Origin: Acidobacteriota bacterium
GTDB lineage: Bacteria > Acidobacteriota > UBA890 > WLXD01
Direction: 5' to 3'
Length of the DNA stretch: 64,000 nucleotides
Assembly (NCBI GenBank): GCA_965205505.1
Contig: CBDBHB010000006.1
Coordinates: 448,001 to 512,000 of the forward strand
Shown here: positions 1 to 10,150 of the stretch, in pieces
Position numbering within the stretch: the stretch's first letter is position 1
Layout: each line of letters starts with the position of its first letter
The notes under the pieces: model-generated
Told to the model about the DNA's origin: nothing
The model's database searches: none
Seen by the model: only the letters and a program-made list of their open reading frames with translations
Translations under genes and position numbers: made by a program

Positions 1-541
1 CGAGGTCGAGACGCAGCGCGCCAACATCCACACCATCAGCGTTTGCAGCGCTCGCCGACGATTCGGCCACTTGACGGCGCAGAGCCTCGAGCTCTCGGGT
101 GACCTCTTGCAGACGACCGGCATGTGCCTCGCAATCGCTCATGGTGATGTCGAGCGCAGTCTGTCGATCGATGAGTTGATGCTCGAGCGCGCTGTTCTCG
201 CTGCGCAGCGCCTCGATCTCGTCTCGTGTCGCATGCAGTCGGGCTTGGCTCTCGGCCAGCACTTCTTCGCGGCGCTTGAGCTCCGCCGCGGCGGTGCTCG
301 CGGACTCGTCGGCAGCATCACGTTCGAGCTCTCCACGCTCGAGCTGAGCGCGCAACGCGTCGCGATCCGACTCGGTCTCCAATAGCTTGCCGTTCAGCTC
401 ATCACGCTCACGTTGCACGCGGCGCAGCAGTGCGGTGGATGTGCTCGAGGCGGTGCGCTTCCCGGTAGCCGAACCGATCAGGTAGCCGATCGCGGCTACT
501 AGCAAGAGGCTGATGACGACCGTGAGAGCGGGAGGGAGCAT
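1..541 (-). CDS. Membrane-anchored coiled-coil protein, 3' end outside the window
   Basis: Own translation from ATG at 541: MLPPALTVVISLLLVAAIGYLIG (hydrophobic anchor), then E/R/L/A-rich helical sequence that stays open to the window edge. Confidence 0.65.
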   Translation of the reverse strand, partial: MLPPALTVVISLLLVAAIGYLIGSATGKRTASSTSTALLRRVQRERDELNGKLLETESDRDALRAQLERGELERDAADESASTAAAELKRREEVLAESQARLHATRDEIEALRSENSALEHQLIDRQTALDITMSDCEAHAGRLQEVTRELEALRRQVAESSASAANADGVDVGALRLDL

Positions 542-966
542 CCGGTTACTTCCAGTTGCGGTTGTGAGAATGGCCACGCGCCCGAAAGCGAGGTGCGCTC
601 AGCGGTTGAGTATTACCAACAGATCCGCCACCGTCGATGCGCGGTCGTCAAGCCGGGCGTCGAATCCGGCCATCACGAGACAACCGCGTCGCCTGGTCGC
701 CGGGACGATGCGCCGACGCACGCTGTTCGGTCCCAACGACACCCGAGCCAATCACGTGCAGGCACTTTCTGATTTTCGCGGCGGCTCGCAGCCGCGCTGG
801 GTGGCGTCGCGAGGCGACACTAGTGGCCTACGCAAGCCTGTTCATCGCTGAGCGCACCGCGCCGGTGGACGTTGCCCTCGGTTCGCGCTATTCATGAGCT
901 GCAGCCCAGTGTGGACAGCCAAGGCCTCGGAGGCGACTGCGGCGACCATCGGCGGGGGCGCCGGCG

Positions 967-2013
967 TCAGTAGTGGGCACCGGCGCCGCCCGGTCTGGCT
1001 CCGAGTAGCGGCATGACGGCCAGCCCCAGCAGCAACGGCAAGTAGAAGCTGAAGAATCGCCAGCCAGCGGTGACGATTCCGAGGATTCCCTCCGCCACGA
1101 AGCCGTCAATCACAGCACCAAAAGAAGCCTCGGCACCGAGTGCCGCGCCCGGCGTGGGTACGAACACCATCATCATGAACACTACCCACTGCAACAAAAA
1201 GAACAACACCGGGTCGACCCGGGTTCCGAGTCCGTAGAGCACTGCCGTGGCCACCGAGCAGCGGGTCACCCAGAGGCCGGTGGTCAGTACGACCGCGACC
1301 AGGAACCGGGTCTTGCCGAACTTGCCAACTAGCTCGTAGGCCGACACGAATTCGTCACGCACGCGCGCCAGGGCACCGCGAAAGCCGACCGTGTCGGCCG
1401 CTGGATTCCGGACACGAAGCCAACGCACGAAAAGGAGCAGTCCGACGACCGCGATAACCCCAACGATCCACGGCGTGGCCGAGACTGCTTTGTCAGCCAC
1501 CCTACCTAGTACTACTTGAACCTCGGGCAGGGCCCAGCGGGAGGTCGCGAAGGCGATCGCGGGAGCCACGCCGACGAAGAACACGATGTCGACGAGGTTG
1601 TCCAACATCAACATCGAGGCTGCGGTGCCGGTTCGTACCCCGCTATCGACGAGTAAGCCGACCTTGACGGGGGCGCCGCCGATCGCCTTGGGGCTGATCG
1701 ACGATCCCAGCTCGGTACCAACGCCCACCCGCAGCGCGTTGCGAGCGGTAATGGGCGAGCCAAAGAACCTCGCCCACATCCACGCTCGCGCGGCCGTAAA
1801 GAACCAAGGCGCGACTCCCAGGGCGATAGCAGCACCCAGCCATATCGGTGCTACGGAGCGCAGAGTTCCTGCTGCTCCGACGCGTATCGATTGCCAGGCC
1901 AGCGCGAGGTTGACGGCGGCACCGACGAGGATGATACCTATCCCCCACCTAGCAATCGTTGCGAACAGCTTGGACCGCGAAGGGCTCGACAATGCGCTCT
2001 CTGAAGGCGGCAT
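967..2013 (-). CDS. Lysylphosphatidylglycerol synthase TM-domain / flippase-like protein (UPF0104)
   Basis: Multi-TM ORF with GGAPVK, PTPGAALGAE and WRFFSFYLP motifs. Confidence 0.8.
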   Translation of the reverse strand: MPPSESALSSPSRSKLFATIARWGIGIILVGAAVNLALAWQSIRVGAAGTLRSVAPIWLGAAIALGVAPWFFTAARAWMWARFFGSPITARNALRVGVGTELGSSISPKAIGGAPVKVGLLVDSGVRTGTAASMLMLDNLVDIVFFVGVAPAIAFATSRWALPEVQVVLGRVADKAVSATPWIVGVIAVVGLLLFVRWLRVRNPAADTVGFRGALARVRDEFVSAYELVGKFGKTRFLVAVVLTTGLWVTRCSVATAVLYGLGTRVDPVLFFLLQWVVFMMMVFVPTPGAALGAEASFGAVIDGFVAEGILGIVTAGWRFFSFYLPLLLGLAVMPLLGARPGGAGAHY

Positions 2014-2037
2014 GATGGCGCCGAGCATCGTCGGCAG

Positions 2038-2682
2038 CTATCTCCAGGTGCTCGTATGCGGGTAGAAGCTCCGCCAGCCCTGCTCGTAGGCGAGCACCGA
2101 CATCAGCAACTCGCCGGCGTCGTTCTCGGCCCAAGCCGTTAGTCCTTCGGCGTCGAAGTGGATGGTTATCGCAGTTCCGCCGCCGCTCATTCGTACCGGC
2201 GTGTCGGCGCGGGCGAGCTCGGGGAAGGGAAAGAACCAAGCCTCGTTGCCGATGGCCAGACCGAGCCCGAGCGCCGAGGTGTCGTGGCCGCCGCCCGGCG
2301 ATCGTCGCTCGCCGGGCACGACGTCGTTGAGCACCTCGTAGAGTGCCAGATAGCGGATCGGATAGGCTATCGGCTGGCCGTCGACTACCAGTCCGAGGAC
2401 GAGCTCATCATCGGCGAGATCAGCGGCCGCGGCGGCTACCGAGGGCGGGTCGACCGGCGATTCGTGCACTCGCATGTCGATCTCCTCGGGCGGAGCACCC
2501 GGGCGCGGCTGCACGTGAGCACGCACGGTGCGCTGCCGGCTCTGACCATCGCCATCGGCGTATTGCTCCAAGTACTCGATAGCCGGCGCCTTTAGCGCGG
2601 CGCCCACTTCGGTGATCTCGGCTTGCGCCGGCGGTACGGGCGAAAGCGCCAGTGCGACGATGCCAATGACGAATGCGAACAT
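2038..2682 (-). CDS. DUF3179-family secreted protein, apparently internally deleted
   Basis: Signal peptide; DELVLGLVVDGQPIAYP..LYEVLNDVV and C-terminal W..FYPHT motifs; the central C/UxxC segment is absent. Confidence 0.6.
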   Translation of the reverse strand: MFAFVIGIVALALSPVPPAQAEITEVGAALKAPAIEYLEQYADGDGQSRQRTVRAHVQPRPGAPPEEIDMRVHESPVDPPSVAAAAADLADDELVLGLVVDGQPIAYPIRYLALYEVLNDVVPGERRSPGGGHDTSALGLGLAIGNEAWFFPFPELARADTPVRMSGGGTAITIHFDAEGLTAWAENDAGELLMSVLAYEQGWRSFYPHTSTWR

Positions 2683-2783
2683 CTGATGTCGACCTCACTC
2701 CTGGATGTTGACGTTGCCACCATGCTGCCCCATCGTTGCCCCGGCGGCCACTATGCCGCCGCTGACCCAGACAAGGAGCGGGC

Positions 2784-4431
2784 GTGGGTTCCACGTACAA
2801 GGCAGACGCGGTCATCGTGGGCGGTGGGCTCGCTGGATTGACCGCCGCCCTCGAGCTCCTCGAGACCGGACGCAGCGTTGTACTGCTCGAACGCGGGTCT
2901 GAGAAGAAGCTCGGCGGGCTGGCGAGAATCTCGTTCGGCGGTGTTTTTATCGTCGGATCGCCGGAGCAGCGGCGCGCCGGCATCCGCGACAGCGTCGACC
3001 TGGCGCTGCGCGATTGGTTGAGCTTCGGCGAGCATGGAGCCGAGGACGTGTGGCCGCGCCGCTGGGCCGAAGCATACGTTTCGGGGTGTCGGGAGCAGGT
3101 ATACGACTGGCTGCGCGGTCACGGCGTGAAGTTCTTCCCGGTGGTGCACTGGGTCGAGCGAGGACTTCATGGCGGCGGCAACACGCTGCCGCGGTTTCAC
3201 ATCGTCTGGGGTACCGGCGAGAGATTGGTGCTCGCTTTACTCGAGCGACTCGAGAGTCATCCTCACCGCGACCGTTTGTTGCTACTGCATGGTCATCGCG
3301 TCACCGATCTGGAGAGCGTCAACGGTGCGTTCGTGGGCTGCTCCGGCGTTGTCGAGTCGGAAGATGCCGACGGCGACCGACTCGCCGGCAGGCAGGCGGC
3401 CGGTGAGTTTGCCGCCGCAGGCGATTGCCTGGTGATCGCCGCCGGTGGGATCTGCGGCAACCTGGCCCTGGTTCGACAACACTGGCATGCTGATTGGGGG
3501 ACACCTCCGGAGACGCTGTTGAATGGCTCGCATCCCGCCGCGGACGGGCACCTTCACGGCGTTGCCGCGCGACTCGGTGCCAACATCACGCACCTCGACA
3601 AGATGTGGAACTACGCTGCCGGCGTGCATCACTGGCGGCCGCACCACGAGCACCACGGAATGTCCCTCGTGCCACCCATGTCGGCTTTGTGGCTCAACTG
3701 GCGTGGTGAGCGGTTGGGCCCCCCGGCCATGATGGGGGGCTACGACACGCGCTATCTCGTGCAGATGGTTTGCGGCCAGGAACGCCAGTACTCGTGGCAG
3801 GTATTCAACTGGCGCATCGCCATGAAGGAGCTTGCGGTTTCCGGCGCGGAGTTCAATCATGCGGGTCCGCGAGCGCAAGCTGTTGCAGTTCCTGCTCACC
3901 ACTCTCCGAGGCGACGCGGTACTTGTGCGCGAGCTCGTCGAGCATTGTGAAGACTTCGTGACTGCCGACTCATTGCCGGAGCTGGCCGAGAAGATGAACA
4001 GCCTGACCGGTAGCGATGACGTTGATTCGCAGACGCTTGCGAATGTGGTCGGACGCTACGATGAGGCGATCAGGCGTGGTGGCAAGCTGAGCAACGACGA
4101 TCAGATCCTGCGGCTGCATCACGTTCGTCGCTACCGGGGCGACCGGGCGCGAACCTGCAGGCCGCGTCCGATCGACGATCCGCGAGCTCGTCCGCTCATC
4201 GCCGTCCGCGAGTTTGTCATCACACGCAAGAGCCTCGGCGGCCTGCAAACCGACCTGCAGTCCCGTGTCCTCGACCACGCCGGGGAGCCGTTGCCGGGTC
4301 TGTACGCGGTCGGGGAGGCGGCGGGATTCGGAGGTGGCGGTATTCACGGCTTGCGTTCGCTGGAGGGCACCTGCTTGGGTGGCTGTGTCTTCACCGGTCG
4401 CGCTGCGGCGCGAGCCATCGTCAAGGGCTAG
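2784..4431 (+). pseudogene. FAD-binding dehydrogenase (FAD_binding_2 / KsdD-like) with a frameshift near 3862-3866
   Basis: GGGLAG dinucleotide-binding motif in ORF 2784..3950; C-terminal LYAVGEAAGFGGGG..LEGT in ORF 3832..4431; removing one G from gcgggtc joins the frames. Confidence 0.8.
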
Positions 4432-5561
4432 CAGCCCGCCGCGACCCGGCGACGCCTGCCGGCCACCGCCTGTCCCAAGATCTCGATAGTGTGTTGCTGT
4501 TGCGCCTCGGTGATTCCCGCGAACATCGGCAACGACAGGATCTCGTTGGCTGCCTGCTCGGCGACGGGGAATGATCCCGGCCCCTTCCGCAGGTCGGCAT
4601 AGGCACCCTGTAGATGGATCGGAATCGGATAGTGAATCCCGGCACCGATCCCTCTCGCATTGAGGTACTGCAGAACTCGGTCCCGTTCGGCTACCCGCAC
4701 GACGTACAGATGCCAGACAGGCTCGTTCCCCTCGAGCACGCTCGGTCGCGACACCTCGGGTATGTCTACGAGGAGCTCATCGTAGAGCTCTGCGGCCTCG
4801 CGACGATGTTGATTCCCCGTCGCCAAGTGCCGGAGCTTGGCCAACAGTACGACCGACTGCAGGGTGTCGAGGCGGGAGTTGAAGCCCATCTCCGGATGAT
4901 GGTACTTGCGATCGCTCCCCCAGTTCCGCAATCGTCGGACAGCATTGTGCACATCCGCGTCGTGGGTGATCACCGCACCCGCGTCGCCGTATGCTCCGAG
5001 GTTCTTGCCCGGATAGAAGCTGAACCCCGCTGCCAGCCCGAAGCTACCTGCCGTCTTTCCGTGGCGGCGGGCGCCGTGCGCCTGCGCGGCGTCCTCGATC
5101 ACCACAAGATCGTGGCGGACAGCGCACTCTAGCAGCTGTTCCATCGGCGCGAGCTGACCGTACAGGTGCACCGGGATGATCGCGCGTGTGCGCGACCCCA
5201 CGGCTTCCTCTGCTCGTTGGATGTCGATCAGATGATGCTCGGGGTCACAGTCAACCAGCACCGGGACTGCGCCGGTACGGCTGACCGCGAGCGCGGTGGC
5301 GATGAACGTATTCGCCGGCAGGATCACCTCGTCACCGGCGCCGACGCCGAGGGCGCGCAGGGCCATCTCCAGCGCGTCGGTGCCGCTGCCGACCCCCACA
5401 CAGTGGGGCGCCTCCTGGAATCGAGCAAACTCGGCCTCGAACTCCCCGACCTGGGGTCCGAGGATGAAGGCGGTGTCGGCCATCACCTGACTCAGCCCCG
5501 CAGAAACTTCATCGGCGATCAACGCGTGCTGCAGCTTCAGGTCAACGAGCGGGATCTTCAT
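4428..5561 (-). CDS. DegT/DnrJ/EryC1/StrS PLP-dependent sugar aminotransferase
   Basis: SGTDAL, EDAAQAHGA, SFYPGKNLGAYGDAG and NSRLD motifs. Confidence 0.95.
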   Translation of the reverse strand: MKIPLVDLKLQHALIADEVSAGLSQVMADTAFILGPQVGEFEAEFARFQEAPHCVGVGSGTDALEMALRALGVGAGDEVILPANTFIATALAVSRTGAVPVLVDCDPEHHLIDIQRAEEAVGSRTRAIIPVHLYGQLAPMEQLLECAVRHDLVVIEDAAQAHGARRHGKTAGSFGLAAGFSFYPGKNLGAYGDAGAVITHDADVHNAVRRLRNWGSDRKYHHPEMGFNSRLDTLQSVVLLAKLRHLATGNQHRREAAELYDELLVDIPEVSRPSVLEGNEPVWHLYVVRVAERDRVLQYLNARGIGAGIHYPIPIHLQGAYADLRKGPGSFPVAEQAANEILSLPMFAGITEAQQQHTIEILGQAVAGRRRRVAAGC

Positions 5562-5562
5562 G

Positions 5563-6539
5563 TCACACGTGCATCTCGGCGCCGCCGCCCGCGATCGATC
5601 GATCGATTGCTTCCAGAGTACGCACTACCGCGAGCCCTTCCGCCCCGGCAGACAGCGGGCGACTCCTCTCCTGGACGCACTCCAGAAAGTGATTCACTTC
5701 GACCTTGAGCGGTTCGGTCATCTGTACCCGTGGGATCACGATGTCGCCCTCGCGGACGCTCATCCGGAAGCTGGCGAAGGTATCCACGAACGGCACGTCG
5801 ATGCGCTCGTTGCGTACCTTCTTGTCGTAGATGCGTAGCGGCTCCGACAGATTTCCGTCATCAAAAGTCAGCATGCGACGCTCGCCCACGACGGTGATGG
5901 CACGTGACTTGCGCGGGTTCAGCCACGAAGCGTGCAGGTGAACGAGGACGTCGGCGGGGTAGCGCAGGGTCGCAAACACCGCGTCCTCGATTCCCGGGCC
6001 CCGCCCACTGCCGAGGCGGTCACCGGGTTGCCGTTGAGCCAGTAGTTGGCGAGCGATACATCATGGGCGGCCAAGTCCCAGGCAGCGTTGACGTCGGCCC
6101 GTATCGGTCCCAGGTTCGTACGCTCCATTGAGATGTAGTACACGCGCCCGAGCTCACCTTTGCCGATGTACTCCTTCGCCCGACGAGCCGCAGCGTTGTA
6201 GACGAAGATGTGACCCACCATGAGCACGAGATCTGTGCGCTGCGCTAGCTCACAGAGCGCCTCGGCATGCTCGGCGCTATCGGCGAGCGGCTTTTCGACC
6301 AGCACGTGCTTTCCGGCTTCGAGAGCAACGGTAGCAAGCTCGTGGTGGGTGCTGGTAGGAGTAGCCACGACGACCGCATCGCCCGTAGTCTGCACCCCGG
6401 GAAAGCGGGCTGCCACCGTCGCGAGGCGATCGGGATTGGTATCGGCCACCCACGCAACCCACGCGTCGGGTTGCGTGTAGAGATTGTTGATGAGGTTTGG
6501 GCCCCAGTGACCGGCGCCCACCACCGCGACTCGTATCAC
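5563..6539 (-). pseudogene. Gfo/Idh/MocA oxidoreductase (nucleotide-sugar dehydrogenase-like), frameshifted near 5995-6000
   Basis: VVGAGHWG, VEKP and WDLAAHD in one frame; HASWLNPRKSR C-terminal domain in another frame (5563..5979). Confidence 0.8.
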
Positions 6540-6686
6540 CGCTCCCCCGAAGAGCGTCACGACCGCGGTGCGTTCCCGGCCAGTGTCGCCCCGCTTCGAC
6601 CGTTGACACACACGTCGTGCGCCGTTAGCGTCCCCCCAACGCTAATGAGAGGATGATACCCGAAACAGGCGCGTCGGCGCGCCGGG

Positions 6687-7358
6687 CTAGTCGAGACTAT
6701 CTGTAGGAACGGTCGAATACTCGGGGTAGCGAGCGCGAATTCCGCGGCGCAGCTGTTGCCTCGCCAGCGCCACGTGGGTGCGCACAGTTGAGGTACTGCA
6801 GCCCAGCGCGCGCGCAACTTCACGCGCCGGAAGGTCTTCGATCTCGCGCAGAATGAAAGCTGCCCGCTGTCGCGCCGGAAGCTCGGCGGCGAGCTCGTCC
6901 CAGATGCGCTGTACCTCCTCCCAGCGAATCGCCAGGCTCGGGTCGGCCGAATCGTCGGCGGGCAGGCGTTGCGCCGCAGTCTCCGTAGTCACCCCGGGGG
7001 CAAGCGAATGCGCCGCCGACCCGCGTGCAGCCCCTGTCGCCTCCGACCGCTCGCCCAGCGGCACCGGCTGACGTCGCTCGTTGCGCCAGCGATCAATCGC
7101 CTTGTTGGTAACGATGCGTGCGAGCCAGGCATCTACCGTAAACCTCGTTCGGTAGCGTGGGCAGTGTCGCCAAAGCGCGACGAACGCCTCCTGCGCGACA
7201 TCCTCCGCCGCACCGCGATCACCTAGCATCTGGTAGGCAATGCGCTGCACGCGACGATGCTTGCGTTCGTATAGTTGTCGGAACGCATCCGTATCACCGC
7301 GCCCGGCAGCGCGTACCAGGTGGGCATCGGACGGCCCATCGAGCGCATCGGGCATCAC
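6687..7358 (-). CDS. ECF sigma-70 family RNA polymerase sigma factor
   Basis: AEDVAQEAF..WLARIVTNKAID (region 2) and LPARQRAAFILRE..EVARALG (region 4). Confidence 0.9.
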   Translation of the reverse strand: MMPDALDGPSDAHLVRAAGRGDTDAFRQLYERKHRRVQRIAYQMLGDRGAAEDVAQEAFVALWRHCPRYRTRFTVDAWLARIVTNKAIDRWRNERRQPVPLGERSEATGAARGSAAHSLAPGVTTETAAQRLPADDSADPSLAIRWEEVQRIWDELAAELPARQRAAFILREIEDLPAREVARALGCSTSTVRTHVALARQQLRRGIRARYPEYSTVPTDSLD

Positions 7359-7364
7359 GCGCCG

Positions 7365-8387
7365 CTATGGATTGACGATCGAGACAGGCTCCGCTAGCTC
7401 GTGCGCGCTCTGTCGCGAGCTCTCCTTCCGCCGGCCGAAGATCATCTTCCCGGCGCTCGTTTGAAGAACCGACGTCACAATCAGATCAACTGTCGACCCA
7501 CGATGCGCGCTGGCGCCATCGACGACCACCATGGTCCCATCGTCGAGGTAGCCGACGCCCTGCCCCGCCTCCTTGCCCTCCTTGACGACGAACACCGACA
7601 TCGGTTCACCCGGAAGGAACGCAGGTTTGACCGCGTTGGCAAGGTCGTTGACGTTGAGCACCCGAACACCACGCACTTGTGCCACCTTGGCGAGATTGAA
7701 GTCGTTCGTAAGCACTACACCGCCACGCTGGATCCCGAGCTCGATGAGCTTCGAGTCGACCTCGGCAATACCCGGAAAGTCGGTGGCATCGATTTGAACG
7801 TCGAGATCAGCGCTGCGCTGCAGATCTCGGAGGATGTCGAGGCCGCGGCGGCCTCGCGCACGCTTGAGCGCATCACTCGAATCGGCGACCTGCTGAAGCT
7901 CGTTGAGCACGAACTGCGGTACGAGCAAGGTGCCATCGATAAACCCGGCGGCCGCGATCTCGGCAATCCGACCATCGATGATCACCGACGTGTCCAGGAT
8001 CTTGTCGGCGACGCCAGCGCGCTGGTCCTCGAGAAACGGCCTCCAGGGGATCCACCATTCGCCAGATTGACCTTTGAGCGACCCGATTACCATGCCCAAG
8101 TAGGCCAGGGTCAGAACCGCGACTCCCTGGATCACGGCCTCGGAAGTAGTGCTCAGGTCGAGCTGCCTGCCGACGACTCCGAACGCCATTGCCAGCACCA
8201 GCCCCATGAACGTGCCCACGACGCCGCCCATGAGGACGTTCGGGTGAATGCTGTGGAGCTTGACCTCCAGCAGGACGACCACGACCGCGAACACGAGCCC
8301 GACAGCCAGGCCACTCACACCACCCGGGATTCCGAGAAACCCGATGGCCGCGCAGGCCAGGATAAAGAGCACACGGATGATGCTCAT
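7365..8387 (-). CDS. Membrane PIN/TRAM-domain protein (YacL family)
   Basis: N-terminal TM helices; LDTSVIIDGRI, TNDFNL and GVGYLDDGTMVVV motifs. Confidence 0.92.
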   Translation of the reverse strand: MSIIRVLFILACAAIGFLGIPGGVSGLAVGLVFAVVVVLLEVKLHSIHPNVLMGGVVGTFMGLVLAMAFGVVGRQLDLSTTSEAVIQGVAVLTLAYLGMVIGSLKGQSGEWWIPWRPFLEDQRAGVADKILDTSVIIDGRIAEIAAAGFIDGTLLVPQFVLNELQQVADSSDALKRARGRRGLDILRDLQRSADLDVQIDATDFPGIAEVDSKLIELGIQRGGVVLTNDFNLAKVAQVRGVRVLNVNDLANAVKPAFLPGEPMSVFVVKEGKEAGQGVGYLDDGTMVVVDGASAHRGSTVDLIVTSVLQTSAGKMIFGRRKESSRQSAHELAEPVSIVNP

Positions 8388-8490
8388 TGCGTATGACCTC
8401 CAGGCCACCCGTGGGGAGCCCGCGTATAAAAGGGGGGTATGACGGATGATGGCTGGATTATAACGCTGGGTGGTCGTCGGCACGCCGCGC

Positions 8491-9249
8491 TCAGACTGTC
8501 GTGCCGGACTCCACAAACCGCCCGCGCTCTATCCGCGCCCAGAAGAACGGGTAGATCATGCGCCACCAGTCGAGGCCGGGGCGGATCTTCGTGTAGGCCT
8601 GACCACGGCTCGGATAGCGCATCGTGATGGGAACCTCGAGCCAGCGGACCGCAGCTCCCGCGATCAGCACCTTGCCGTAAAGATAGGGCTCGAACGCATA
8701 GGTCCACAGCCACTCGGCACGCCAATCGAACCGGGCGCGGTCGAAGATATCGACACGAAAAGCACGGTAACCGCAGGTCGCGTCGGTGACGGGCGAGCCG
8801 GTCGCCCAACGCGCGGCCAGATTGACAATCGGGATGGCGCAGCGACGAAAGGCGGGCAGGTTGGGCGACGTGCCCCCCTCCAGATAGCGGCTGCCGGTGA
8901 CATAATCGGCCTCGCCGCGGCGAATCGGCCCTACGACACGCTCCATTTCCGCCGGCAGCATCTTTCGGTTCGAGGCCAGACCAACGAGCACGTCGTAGCC
9001 GTGCTCCCGGGCCCATTCGGTCGCGGCGATAATCGCCCAGCCGACGCCTCGATTGCGCGCCACTTCGATGCAGGGCCAGCCTGACGCGCGAACAATGTGC
9101 TCCGAGCCGTCGTTGGAGCCGTTGTTGACCAGCAAGAACTCGTCGCACGCAGGCCCCGTTGCGCTCAACTCCTCCAGCAGTGTGGGGAGCTCGCGTAGCT
9201 GGTTGAAGACCGGAGAAAAACCGAGCACCTTCAAAGAAAGTCGCTCCAT
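8491..9249 (-). CDS. Glycosyltransferase family 2 (polyprenol-phosphate GT-like)
   Basis: VNNGSNDGS, NRGVG, GSRYL and DATCGYRAF motifs. Confidence 0.85.
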   Translation of the reverse strand: MERLSLKVLGFSPVFNQLRELPTLLEELSATGPACDEFLLVNNGSNDGSEHIVRASGWPCIEVARNRGVGWAIIAATEWAREHGYDVLVGLASNRKMLPAEMERVVGPIRRGEADYVTGSRYLEGGTSPNLPAFRRCAIPIVNLAARWATGSPVTDATCGYRAFRVDIFDRARFDWRAEWLWTYAFEPYLYGKVLIAGAAVRWLEVPITMRYPSRGQAYTKIRPGLDWWRMIYPFFWARIERGRFVESGTTV

Positions 9250-10094
9250 TCCTCGGGTACCCAGTCCTCGACCCGTCGTTCGCCGGGCGACACCTGGGCC
9301 CACGGATAGTCGCGGTCAACGCAACGAATCCATGGATAGGGCTGGTGCACCTGGTCGCCGATCTTGTGCATGATGCGGCGGCAGTCAATGCGATTCTCGG
9401 CTGGCGATCCGTCCATGAAAGCGTACGCCGGCACCTTGCCTCCCACCTTCGAGTTTGCCCCGACGATGGCATGTACACCGAGTCGAGTGCCGGGGAGAAT
9501 CGTGGCGTGCACGGCGATGGCGCAGAACGGTGCCACCTGGGGCGCCTCTTCCACCGCGAACACCGGGAACGCTCGGTCGTTGGTGAAAACCACGAACGGA
9601 TGAACCCACACGAACGGGCCGATGCGTGTGCCGGAGCCAACCGTCACATAGGAGTGCAAGCGTACATAGTCGCCGATCTCGACGTTCGGTTGGATGTCAC
9701 AGTTGTTACCGATCGAGCAGTTGTTTCCGACACGGGTGCCTTCGCGCATGGCCACGTATGGGCCAGTCTGTAGGTTCTCGCCGACTTCGGTGCCCGCGTT
9801 GATGATGGTGCCACGGCGGAGAATCGAGCCGCTGCCAACGCGCGTCCGGTTGGCAACGTAGCCGCCGCGGTCACGAAAGAACCCGTAGGTCGGCTCGCCG
9901 AGACTGCAATCGGGCCCCACCCACACGTTGTCCCCGATGGCGACGCGATCGTACAGAATAACACCGGGCCCTACGTGAACGTTGTCGCCGAGCGTTACCC
10001 CGCCGCCCCAGCGAACCGAGTCGTCGAAGGTGCACCCGGCACCGAGCGCCACATCCGGACCCGGTGTCGCTCTCAATCCGAAGCCGGCAGTCAT
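9231..10094 (-). CDS. Left-handed beta-helix (hexapeptide repeat) acyl/acetyltransferase
   Basis: Repeated [IV]GxxxxIG hexapeptides; VFTND motif. Confidence 0.85.
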   Translation of the reverse strand: MTAGFGLRATPGPDVALGAGCTFDDSVRWGGGVTLGDNVHVGPGVILYDRVAIGDNVWVGPDCSLGEPTYGFFRDRGGYVANRTRVGSGSILRRGTIINAGTEVGENLQTGPYVAMREGTRVGNNCSIGNNCDIQPNVEIGDYVRLHSYVTVGSGTRIGPFVWVHPFVVFTNDRAFPVFAVEEAPQVAPFCAIAVHATILPGTRLGVHAIVGANSKVGGKVPAYAFMDGSPAENRIDCRRIMHKIGDQVHQPYPWIRCVDRDYPWAQVSPGERRVEDWVPEEWSDFL

Positions 10095-10150
10095 TCCAAC
10101 TCCCCCCTGTCCAGCGCCGATGACAGACTCCACCTGCTCACTACAACCAG

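Noticed and set aside
542-966. Possible ncRNA or element remnant in the 425-bp intergenic region
   Set aside because: It has a CACTAG site and short imperfect hairpins, but no long repeat or recognisable motif I can support.
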